Numbered from the stretch's first letter, positions 17,192-24,809 are shown. The stretch: 32,000 bases of DNA from an uncultured Candidatus Saccharibacteria bacterium (GCA_964406725.1 CAYOSV010000003.1:9962-41961); one strand, 5' to 3'. Translations and numbers: made by a program. The notes: generated from the letters alone by a model not told the origin.

Positions 17192-17982
17192 AGCAGCTCC
17201 TTTTTATTGTTTGCATCATGGCTAAATACCAGATTAACACCTTTTTTCTTTAATAACTTTAAGTTATCTAGGGTATTACGGTATTCTCTCATATTGTCCT
17301 GTATTAATGATGCAGGAAACTTCATATGGTATGATAGATCAATTAAATCATTCCCCCAACATGAGTCTGCTGCTAACAAAATCTTATTATCTATTAGCGC
17401 ACCCAATTGACCGCTAGCGTGACCACCTAGCTTTAATAAAATTAAACTGCCGTCATTAAACAAGTCGTAACCTTTTAGCGCACCAAAAACTTCAGTTACC
17501 ATCATTTTGTCTGAAATTACGTTAGCCCTATCTTCAAAATCGGCAGGAAAGAAATGTTGCATTATTAAATCTCGTATCCTTCTATTTTTGTATGTATTTA
17601 TAGTTTCTTTTGAGACAATAAAATTCGCCTTGCCAAAACTCCTAAGTCCACCAATATGGTCTGGGTGCAAATGCGACAGTATAATTATCTTAATATCCTC
17701 CGGCCGAGTCCCGATCTTACTAAGTTGAAACTTTAGCTCGTCATTTTCTTCTACTGATGTGGGATTAAAGAAATTATAAGCTCTACCAACAAAACCAGTT
17801 TTACAAATATCGACAGAATAACCTGTATCAAAAAGAATCAGCCCATGTTTAGCGTGCTCAATCAAAAATGCTCCGGCTGGGAATTTTCTTTTTTCGCCAC
17901 GCATACCCCTAAAAACTCGACCGAGGTTATTTGTACAATATCCACAACTAAAATACTTAACACTTTTGATGGCTGGTTGCAT
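17188..17982 (-). CDS. MBL-fold metallo-hydrolase (lactonase-like)
   Basis: HxHxDH motif ILSHLHPDHIGG, plus later GGHASG and SHD metal ligands. N-terminal SCGYC segment. Overlaps the SDR stop by 26 nt. Confidence 0.8.
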   Translation of the reverse strand: MQPAIKSVKYFSCGYCTNNLGRVFRGMRGEKRKFPAGAFLIEHAKHGLILFDTGYSVDICKTGFVGRAYNFFNPTSVEENDELKFQLSKIGTRPEDIKIIILSHLHPDHIGGLRSFGKANFIVSKETINTYKNRRIRDLIMQHFFPADFEDRANVISDKMMVTEVFGALKGYDLFNDGSLILLKLGGHASGQLGALIDNKILLAADSCWGNDLIDLSYHMKFPASLIQDNMREYRNTLDNLKLLKKKGVNLVFSHDANNKKELL

Positions 17983-18955
17983 ATTTCTCGATTCCTTCGC
18001 TTAATGTCATCTTTGGTTTATATCCCAAATCTCGCTTCGCTTTGTCAATATTTAAAGTCTGGCTATAGCCCAAAGTGCAGATAGTGTATTTAGTAATTGG
18101 TGGCTCTTTATAAATATGAAAAACCTTATAAATTGATTCTATGGCGGTTGCGGCCGAGATGGCGAATCTTAAGTTAATATTCTTGTATCTTGGTGTTTCG
18201 CCAAGTTGCTTAAATAATTCCTCCAGCAATCCTTTGAATTCTTGCGGCTCATCATTGGTGATATTATAAATCTTATGTGATGACTTTTTACTTTCTGCTG
18301 CGAGCCTCACTGCGTATGCGACATTTTCGACGCACGTCATATCTACATAGTTCTTTCCGCCCCCAAACAAAGGCAATCCTATTTTCTTGTTAGCATGTAT
18401 TAGTCTAGGAACGATACTCGTATCGCCTACCCCAAATAATCCTCGTGGGCGAAGTATTGTCCAATTAATGTCATCATATTTCTCGATAGCTTTCTCGGCT
18501 AGAATTTTACTTTCAATATAGTAGTTCAATTTGTTGTCTCTATCATAATCATCTTCGTCTATATCTAATTTATCGGATCTGCCAGCATAAATACTGGGGG
18601 ATGATATATACACGAGTTTATTAATCTTGTTTTTACGGCAGGCTTCCAAGATGTTTTTAGTACCATCGACATTGGTTTTTAAAAAATCGGATCGTTTACC
18701 CCACACAGTTGAAAGTGCACCGAGATGAGCGACAATATTAATATTTTTCGTAGCCTTTAAGCAATCTGACGAACTACATAAATCTCCGTAAGCCAATTCG
18801 ATTTCCGGATATTGCTGCTTTAAAGCTGACATTTTTTGCTTATTTCTGCCAAAAGCAACGACAGTATATCCGTTATCCAAAAATTCGGCAATAACATACT
18901 TACCTAAAAATCCATAAGCGCCAGTAACTAATACTCTACGTGAGATCCTTTTCAT
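17957..18955 (-). CDS. NAD(P)-dependent epimerase/dehydratase / 3-beta-HSD-type SDR
   Basis: Rossmann VLVTGAYGFLGKYV and catalytic YIESKILAEK (YxxxK). Start moved to MKRISRR (GGAG 6 nt upstream). The ORF-track start at 19000 lies inside a leader hairpin. Confidence 0.8.
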   Translation of the reverse strand: MKRISRRVLVTGAYGFLGKYVIAEFLDNGYTVVAFGRNKQKMSALKQQYPEIELAYGDLCSSSDCLKATKNINIVAHLGALSTVWGKRSDFLKTNVDGTKNILEACRKNKINKLVYISSPSIYAGRSDKLDIDEDDYDRDNKLNYYIESKILAEKAIEKYDDINWTILRPRGLFGVGDTSIVPRLIHANKKIGLPLFGGGKNYVDMTCVENVAYAVRLAAESKKSSHKIYNITNDEPQEFKGLLEELFKQLGETPRYKNINLRFAISAATAIESIYKVFHIYKEPPITKYTICTLGYSQTLNIDKAKRDLGYKPKMTLSEGIEKYATSHQKC

Positions 18956-19128
18956 GATTTTCTCCATACTATCCCCATAACCAAGTGGAACACTCGCCAT
19001 GGAGTGTTCTAGACTTCATTTTTCACAGTAAGCTATCGAGCCAACTGGAGCGAGTGCTCCACGCAGGGTTCGATATTTCACACTACCTTGTTAGGGGTAG
19101 ACTTACCATGAAATTGAAATCTAGAACT
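18956..19128 (-). promoter_or_regulatory. Structured ~170-nt 5' leader of the biosynthetic operon (candidate riboswitch/attenuator, class unknown)
   Basis: Nested helices on the minus-strand RNA, in plus coordinates: 19120-19127 with 19006-19013; 19098-19106 with 19028-19035; 19067-19073 with 19036-19042; hairpin 19047-19060. An alternative hairpin at 18988-19009 excludes the outer helix. Confidence 0.4.
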
Positions 19129-19134
19129 ATCTTT

Positions 19135-19143
19135 ATTATATCA
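19135..19143 (-). promoter_or_regulatory. Extended -10 promoter (TGATATAAT on minus strand) for the 15-gene operon
   Basis: Reverse complement of attatatca is tgatataat. It lies in the only gap (19001-19164) of the cluster. Confidence 0.6.
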
Positions 19144-19164
19144 TACCCACCGCCAAAATTGCGG

Positions 19165-20313
19165 CTATATGTCTAATACTTTTTTATATAATCTTTCGAC
19201 TTTTATACCAAACTCTTCTTTGCTAAAATTATTGGATTTTTTCAAGGAATTTTTATGCATATCATCCATCAACATCTTATTGTTTAATATAGACTCAACA
19301 CCTTCTATAAAATCATCTTCATTTTCAAAAACAAATCCGTTGCTACCTTTTTCTATTATCCTATCTAGACATTTATCTTTTTTGCAGACCATGGGCATCC
19401 CAGATGCTAATGCCTCTACATATGTTAGCCCTTGCGTCTCACTCGTTGATGCTGATACGAAAATATTCCCCAATTGATAATATTTGTATATTTCATCTCG
19501 CAAAATCGCACCGGTAAAAATCACATGGTCACTCATATCCAATTTATTTATTTCCTTAACTAATTTTGTTTTATATGGTCCATCTCCCACTATGATTAGT
19601 TTTATGTCTTTGTCTCTTTTTGTTAATGCTGGCAAGTACCTAAGTAACTCATCTATATTCTTTTCTGCTGCCAATCTGCATACTGTTACTAAATATTTAT
19701 TAGAATTTTGCAAACCTAATTCGGATAAAATTTTCGTTTTTTCTTTTTTGGGCAATCTTTTCTTATAGATATTCATATCTATACCGGAAGGAATGATTTC
19801 TATCGGGCATTTTATACCATATTTTTCCATTACAGCTTTTACCTTTTCCGACGGGACAATTAGCGTCGCCGAAGTGTTATAGATTTTATTGCTCATAATT
19901 TTCACAATTTTCTTGCCAAGTTTCTTGTTTGGGCAAAAATATTCAGTATAATCTTCGTATAATGTATGGCATGTTGCCACAAATGGAATATTGAGGGTTT
20001 TTATTATTTTATTTGCAAGAATTTTAGTGGTAAATTCTGATTGAGCATGGACAATATCGGGTTTCCAATCTATGATTTTTTGTATCAACTTATCATGTGT
20101 TTTTAAACTAAACCTTGCCCCCGGATAAACCGGAATCGGCTTAGACGCAATATAATAATTATTATCCTTAAAATATGATTTACCGTTTGGAGATAAAACA
20201 AGCATCCGGACATCATGCCCCAGTTTTCTTAGCTCATCTTTTAATGCAGCGTTTGAATTATGAGCCCCGCTTATTTGGTATTCACACACGTCAGATGAAA
20301 ATAATATTTTCAT
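19165..20313 (-). CDS. GT4-family glycosyltransferase (resembles glycosyl-diacylglycerol/glycolipid synthases)
   Basis: N-terminal MKILFSSDV...ISGAHNSNAALKDELRKLGHDV pattern, as in MGS/CpoA-type GT4 enzymes. E-x7-E motif in STSETQGLTYVEALASG. Confidence 0.75.
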   Translation of the reverse strand: MKILFSSDVCEYQISGAHNSNAALKDELRKLGHDVRMLVLSPNGKSYFKDNNYYIASKPIPVYPGARFSLKTHDKLIQKIIDWKPDIVHAQSEFTTKILANKIIKTLNIPFVATCHTLYEDYTEYFCPNKKLGKKIVKIMSNKIYNTSATLIVPSEKVKAVMEKYGIKCPIEIIPSGIDMNIYKKRLPKKEKTKILSELGLQNSNKYLVTVCRLAAEKNIDELLRYLPALTKRDKDIKLIIVGDGPYKTKLVKEINKLDMSDHVIFTGAILRDEIYKYYQLGNIFVSASTSETQGLTYVEALASGMPMVCKKDKCLDRIIEKGSNGFVFENEDDFIEGVESILNNKMLMDDMHKNSLKKSNNFSKEEFGIKVERLYKKVLDI

Positions 20314-20343
20314 ATTAAGTTTATTCTTTGTTATCTCTTACGT

Positions 20344-20352
20344 ATTATATCA
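20344..20352 (-). promoter_or_regulatory. Extended -10 promoter (TGATATAAT on minus strand) for the GT4 gene
   Basis: Reverse complement of attatatca. It lies about 30 nt upstream of the ATG at 20313. Confidence 0.55.
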
Positions 20353-20376
20353 TAATCCAGCTTCTTAGAATTTATT

Positions 20377-20418
20377 ATGTAACGAAAACTACCCAATTTT
20401 CGTTACATAGAGTATAAT
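20377..20418 (+). promoter_or_regulatory. abiE promoter with 12-bp perfect inverted repeat (candidate AbiEi operator)
   Basis: atgtaacgaaaa (20377-20388) / ttttcgttacat (20397-20408), 8-nt spacer, directly followed by tataat (20413-20418), SD aaggag (20425-20430) and the ATG at 20437. Confidence 0.6.
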
Positions 20419-20436
20419 GGATTTAAGGAGAAAAAT

Positions 20437-21036
20437 ATGAGCAATCACGAATTAGCTGAAAAAAGAATTATAGATATGCCAGACGGTAGTGTTTTCACGA
20501 CCTCTGATTTTGCTGATATAACAGCAGATAATAATCTTCGCCAAATCTTTTCTCGTCTCGAAGGCGAAGGTAAGATTCGTCGAATTTTACCAGGCATTTA
20601 CGATAAACCGGCCTTTTCTGAAATCCTACAGGAAAATTCAGCGCCAGACATTAATGCTGTTGCTGAGACAATCGCACGCAAGAATAACTGGACTATCGCT
20701 CCAGACGGCAATACGGCCTTAAACTTACTCGGCCTTTCAACGCAAGTTCCAGCAAAGTGGGAATATCTTAGCAGTGGCGACTCGAAAAGCTATCAAATCG
20801 ATAATCGTTCCATCAACTTTATCCACCGTGCAGATCGAGAACTAAATGGTATGTCGAGAAAAACAATGCTTATCATACAGGCTATTAAGGCTTTGGGGCC
20901 TGAGCATGCCTCGAAAGATATTATTGAGCAGTTAGCTGGAAAAACTTCGGTTGCGGAAAAAGAGAAACTACTAGCCGAAGCAAAGCCTACTACAAATTGG
21001 ATTTACGAAGTAATAAAGAAGATTTGCGAGGTTTAA
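20437..21036 (+). CDS. abiEi: AbiEi-family type IV antitoxin / transcriptional regulator
   Basis: N-terminal FTTSDFADI...LRQIFSRLEGEGKIRRILPGIYDKP winged-helix pattern typical of AbiEi. Its stop is 1 nt before the partner gene start. Confidence 0.75.
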   Translation: MSNHELAEKRIIDMPDGSVFTTSDFADITADNNLRQIFSRLEGEGKIRRILPGIYDKPAFSEILQENSAPDINAVAETIARKNNWTIAPDGNTALNLLGLSTQVPAKWEYLSSGDSKSYQIDNRSINFIHRADRELNGMSRKTMLIIQAIKALGPEHASKDIIEQLAGKTSVAEKEKLLAEAKPTTNWIYEVIKKICEV

Positions 21037-21037
21037 G

Positions 21038-22027
21038 ATGTATGATCTAGTAAATCTCCCGAAGGATGAATTATTAATAATCATTGGGAAAGTTTCTGAA
21101 GCTAAAAATTTAAGTCCTGCCATTATCGAAAAAGACCTCTTCGTTTGTGCTATCCTCGACTATCTTTTTACTAAAAGCCCGTGGAAAGATAATCTTGCTT
21201 TTAAAGGCGGCACGAGTTTATCTAAGGCTTTTAATCTCATCGAGCGTTTTTCCGAAGATATTGATTTAATTTTGGATTGGCGCGTAATCGGTTATGAAAC
21301 AAAAGAACCACTAGAGAACCGCTCGAATACAAAACAGGATGCGCTAAATAAGGAATTCGATGTAAAGACTGAGAAATTTTTAAGATCCACATTCATTCCT
21401 AAACTCAAGGAAGATCTTACAAATCTTATAAATCGCGGCATCAATATCGGCTACGAGGATGATGCGGTTATCGTCAGGTATGGGAATGATTATGCAGATG
21501 AGTCTATTCTGCACGTAATTCGGCTCGAAATAGGCGCCAAAGCAGCTTGGACGCCCACTAAGGTCTCCACTATCCGACCGTATATCGCCGAGGTCTATCC
21601 AGCGCAGTTCAGTGATGCTTCTGTTTCGGTCCGCACCACTACACCAGAACGCACTTTCTGGGAGAAGGCAACAATCTTGCATCACGAAGCTAACCGCCCA
21701 GATGATTTGCCTGTCCCTCCGAGAATATCGCGTCATTATTACGACATTTATCGCATGGCGAAACTTGGCGTGCTCGATAAGGCTCTAGCTCAATCTGATC
21801 TGCTAAAGCAAGTTGCTGATTTTAAAGCTAAGTTTTATCCGCGAAAATGGGCAGAGTATGACTCAGCCAGAATCGGTTCGCTCAAACTTATTCCGTCTAA
21901 TATTCACAAGGAAGCTTTAAAGCGTGATTATTCAAAGATGGCAGGCATGATTTATGGTGAACGTCCAGATTTTGATGATTTGATAACTGAACTTGCTGAA
22001 ATTGAAGCCAAAATTAACGGTAAATAA
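21038..22027 (+). CDS. abiEii: AbiEii/AbiGii-family nucleotidyltransferase toxin
   Basis: Hallmark FKGGTSLSKAFNLIERFSEDIDL NTase motif, and later FWEKATILH. 329 aa. Confidence 0.85.
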   Translation: MYDLVNLPKDELLIIIGKVSEAKNLSPAIIEKDLFVCAILDYLFTKSPWKDNLAFKGGTSLSKAFNLIERFSEDIDLILDWRVIGYETKEPLENRSNTKQDALNKEFDVKTEKFLRSTFIPKLKEDLTNLINRGINIGYEDDAVIVRYGNDYADESILHVIRLEIGAKAAWTPTKVSTIRPYIAEVYPAQFSDASVSVRTTTPERTFWEKATILHHEANRPDDLPVPPRISRHYYDIYRMAKLGVLDKALAQSDLLKQVADFKAKFYPRKWAEYDSARIGSLKLIPSNIHKEALKRDYSKMAGMIYGERPDFDDLITELAEIEAKINGK

Positions 22028-22148
22028 TAACATATCTCACCATTTCTCGTCAAGAAAAATTTCTACCCCTGTTTTATGCACGAAACAGACCGAAACACCG
22101 TTTGTGATCAAGTGGATACCCTCCATTGACTTATTGTAGTTTTATTTT

Positions 22149-22589
22149 CTAAAAATCGTTACCATAGCTCGGCGTAATATCGATTGGTTCCGCCCACAAA
22201 AAGCGCTTCTCAACCGACCAACGCCGGACAAAATACATGCGCAAAATCGCCTCGTTTACGTCGCGGTTATTTAGGGCACGTGGGATATAGGCGAGAGAGA
22301 AATAATATTTATCCTCGTCTTCGCGGTCTAAGTGAATATAAATGCGTTTTCCGTAGCCATAACGCATTTCTTTATCCCAAGTTCCAAGCAAAGTCTCGTC
22401 ATCAAACTCCCTAAGCGCCCATTTAGCATCACGAACGCTCGAATCGACGAGCACCATTTCTTTTAAGTCATTATATTGACGCGAGGTGAGTATACCTTCG
22501 TGTTTTTCGTATAATTCGGTTAGTTGCCTTGCGGTGACTTCTATCGGTCCGCCATTCTTTGGCTTCTTGTAGATACGGCTTTTTACCAT
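22149..22589 (-). CDS. Hypothetical protein (no family recognised)
   Basis: 146-aa ORF with plausible upstream signals (tataat near 22641-22646, purine-rich stretch before the ATG). No motif I can place. Confidence 0.5.
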   Translation of the reverse strand: MVKSRIYKKPKNGGPIEVTARQLTELYEKHEGILTSRQYNDLKEMVLVDSSVRDAKWALREFDDETLLGTWDKEMRYGYGKRIYIHLDREDEDKYYFSLAYIPRALNNRDVNEAILRMYFVRRWSVEKRFLWAEPIDITPSYGNDF

Positions 22590-22764
22590 ATTGCCCTTTT
22601 CTCTTAGGGATGCGCTTAAAGCGGTATTATTCCCATTATAACATTGACAATGGAAGCTCTAAAGAGAGCTTTTACGATGACAATGATGGTGTTAGGTTGT
22701 CCTACTTAGCATTATTCACTTATTTTTGTATTACTGGTTCGTAAATGCATTGGCTGTCATAGCC

Positions 22765-22983
22765 CTAATATATAAAATCTCGTTCATTGACAATTATATT
22801 GCTTTCAACTAGAATATAGGTAGGGCGGTAGTCCGAATGCGAAATTATGTAATCAATTGCGTTACAGAGTGGTTCGTAAAGATTTGGATTACGCGCACCA
22901 CATTTATTGCTAAAATCGCCTATCTTGGCGTTTTTTCTTGTTCGCTCGTCCATTAGACGCGCTTCACAAGAAGAAAACACCAA
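22765..22983 (-). CDS. Small hypothetical ORF, possibly a gene fragment
   Basis: 72 codons from a TTG start with no RBS seen. It overlaps the open frame of module A by 27 nt. Confidence 0.25.
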   Translation of the reverse strand: MVFSSCEARLMDERTRKNAKIGDFSNKCGARNPNLYEPLCNAIDYIISHSDYRPTYILVESNIIVNERDFIY

Positions 22984-23077
22984 TCTAGACGATTTTATCT
23001 AACAAACGTTACGATACCAACTTGCCAGCTTCTATTCTCGATTTTTCATGTTTGCTTCATAATAAATAATACTTCCC

Positions 23078-23103
23078 ACGCCATCACCAGTGCTGGAACG
23101 ATA
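23078..23103 (+). repeat. 26-nt box, left copy (5' boundary of module A)
   Basis: acgccatcaccagtgctggaacgata. The reverse complement recurs at 24763-24788 with one mismatch. Confidence 0.8.
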
Positions 23104-23397
23104 GTAAACAAAAGCAGTTCTGACGATACCGGAAATACAAATACAGCAACAGAAAGTATATGCCCAAAAGGGTGGACCTTGCCAAGCAAAAAGCAGGTAG
23201 ATAATAATAGAGACACCGCTAATTTTAGCCCGGTATTGGGTGGAGATTATCACAACGCTATTCATGATCGTGGAGCTATACGCGGAGGTTGGTGGGGGAG
23301 TGAAGTCTTTAATGGTGCGGTACGGGACGACCTGGTTTATAATGGTAGTAGTATGAATACCGGTGGTGGTGCTCGTCAATACGGCTTCTACATCCGC

Positions 23398-23463
23398 TGC
23401 GTTAGTGAAGAAAAGACTGTAACAGACTTAACTTATCTTCAGGATATGACGGGTGAGATTGCA
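23398..23463 (+). repeat. 66-nt inverted repeat, left copy (3' boundary of module A)
   Basis: tgcgttagtgaagaaaagactgtaacag...gggtgagattgca matches the reverse complement of 24403-24468 at 65/66 (mismatch at 23421). Identity ends abruptly on both sides. Confidence 0.9.
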
Positions 23464-23780
23464 GCCCGTTTTTATTTTTTCACAAAAAAATGTTATAATA
23501 ATTTTTGAAGAAGGGTAGTTTATACCAAATTAATGTAAAATTCATTTTTCTAGATAAGGAAGAATATGCTGCAATTTGCCAAGCTAGAGTTATGAGCACT
23601 TCTAGACTATATTCTAAAATCGGGCAAATCCCCAAAATAGATTTAGAAAAAGTCAAAAATGGTTTTGTAAAATTATATAAATAAAAATATGCCCCAATCT
23701 TACAATTGGGGGACGCGGGTATTCCCGAATAACTTCATTATACCAAAAATTGTAGTTTTGTAAAGCCCCATGCACCACCC

Positions 23781-23813
23781 TTTATCCCCCAGTAGCTGTA
23801 GAAGCTATAGACT
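23781..23813 (+). repeat. 33-nt perfect inverted repeat, left copy
   Basis: tttatcccccagtagctgtagaagctatagact is identical to the reverse complement of 24810-24842. It contains an internal dyad tagct-gtaga-agcta. Confidence 0.9.
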
Positions 23814-24402
23814 GGAATAAGCTTATGGAGCCTGGACACAGCGGATGTAGAAGCCATTAGGGCGGCGGTTGCCGCCGGCATATAAGTCACCACCATCATA
23901 ACTCAAGAAGTAACGACTTACACCATTAGACACACTAGAGCCCCACCAACCGCTTATATTTTCATCATTCAAATTGCTATTGTAATAACTTCCACCCGGA
24001 ACTGGGGAAAAGATTGAAATATAAGTAGTGCTACCACTGCTTGATCCTATGCTGCTTATTTGTGTCTTATTTGGCAAAGTCCATCCTTTTGGACAGATGC
24101 TTTCGGTGGCTTTTGCCGTATTAGTAGCAGGATTGCCGGATGTTGTATTTTTATCAACGATAGTACCAGCAGAAGCCAAGGTGTAATTGTACCAATTGGT
24201 AGGTAGGTCTCCGCTTATTGCGATAGTGCCACTGTGGATACAATTATTTCCATATCCAGGTCCCCAACCTTTTTGGCTAGTACCGTTCCATGTTCCATAG
24301 CATTCTTTCCCGCTAGGGCCGTAGGTAACGAGGTCGTAGGTGGTAAGTTCGCGATAGCCGTCGGGTTATGAGACTGGCGGTGGTTCCATCTAGCGTATTG
24401 TT

Positions 24403-24468
24403 TGCAATCTCACCCGTCATATCCTGAAGATAAGTTAAGTCTGTCACAGTCTTTTCTTCACTAACGCA
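24403..24468 (-). repeat. 66-nt inverted repeat, right copy (3' boundary of module B)
   Basis: Reverse complement equals 23398-23463 except at one position (24445). Confidence 0.9.
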
Positions 24469-24762
24469 CCGGACATAGACTCCAAGGCGGCGGGCATCGC
24501 TGCTGGTATATAGGCTACTACCATTGTAACCCAGGCGGTACCGTCTAGTACCATTATAGGCCTCACTCCCCCACCAGTACCCGTTCGTAGCCTCATTGTA
24601 CAGCGTACCATTGACGTAACCCCCGCCCAGAACTAGACTAAAATTAGTAACATCTATATTATTGTCTATTTGTTTGGTGGTCGGTAAGGTCCAGCCTTTT
24701 GGACATACGCTTTCTGTTGCAGTATTTAGATTTCCGCTATCATCAGCATCGCTCTTATTTAT

Positions 24763-24788
24763 TATCGTTCCAGCACTGGCGATGGCGT
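24763..24788 (-). repeat. 26-nt box, right copy (5' boundary of module B)
   Basis: Reverse complement acgccatcgccagtgctggaacgata matches 23078-23103 at 25/26. Confidence 0.8.
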
Positions 24789-24809
24789 AGTTGTATTGTT
24801 AGCTCTGTT

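Larger units (their letters stand above)
22957..23508 (+). pseudogene. Start-less lectin-fold (FISUMP/DUF1566-like) module A
   Basis: The frame is open from 22957 with no ATG/GTG/TTG before 23179. It encodes ...AITSAGTIVNK...CPKGWTLP...GGWWGSE...YGFYIRCVSEEKTVTDLTYLQDMTGEIA. No RBS or signal peptide. Confidence 0.6.
23823..24798 (-). pseudogene. Start-less two-module lectin-fold ORF (truncated module B, linker, full module C) interrupted by a frameshift
   Basis: The B frame is open 24798-24316 (QYNYAIASAGTII...CPKGWTLP...YWWGSE...VYVRCVSEEKTVTDLTYLQDMTGEIANNTLDG) and stops at 24313-24315. The C frame runs 24365-23823 (DGYRELTTYDL...CPKGWTLP...GWWGSS...GFYIRCVQAP). The two are offset by 1 nt near 24363-24368. 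Confidence 0.6.

Noticed and set aside
18956-19000. Upstream start (MASVPLGYGDSMEKI) for the SDR gene
   Set aside because: That ATG sits in the loop of the 18988-19009 hairpin and has no SD. The Met at 18955 has GGAG at optimal spacing and leaves the Rossmann motif at the usual distance from the N-terminus.
19061-19100. tRNA fragment or att site inside the operon leader (gggttcgat resembles a T-loop; ctacc...ggtag resembles an anticodon stem)
   Set aside because: No cloverleaf can be completed. The T-stem partners are missing and there is no match to the tRNA-Leu 3' end. The region is better explained as part of the leader structure.
22765-22983. Remnant of a cytosine-C5 DNA methyltransferase (FSNKCGARNPNLY...RPTYILVESN vaguely recalls motifs IV-VI)
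   Set aside because: The catalytic Pro-Cys and the ENV motif are not actually present, and the resemblance is too weak to support by eye. It would need a profile search.
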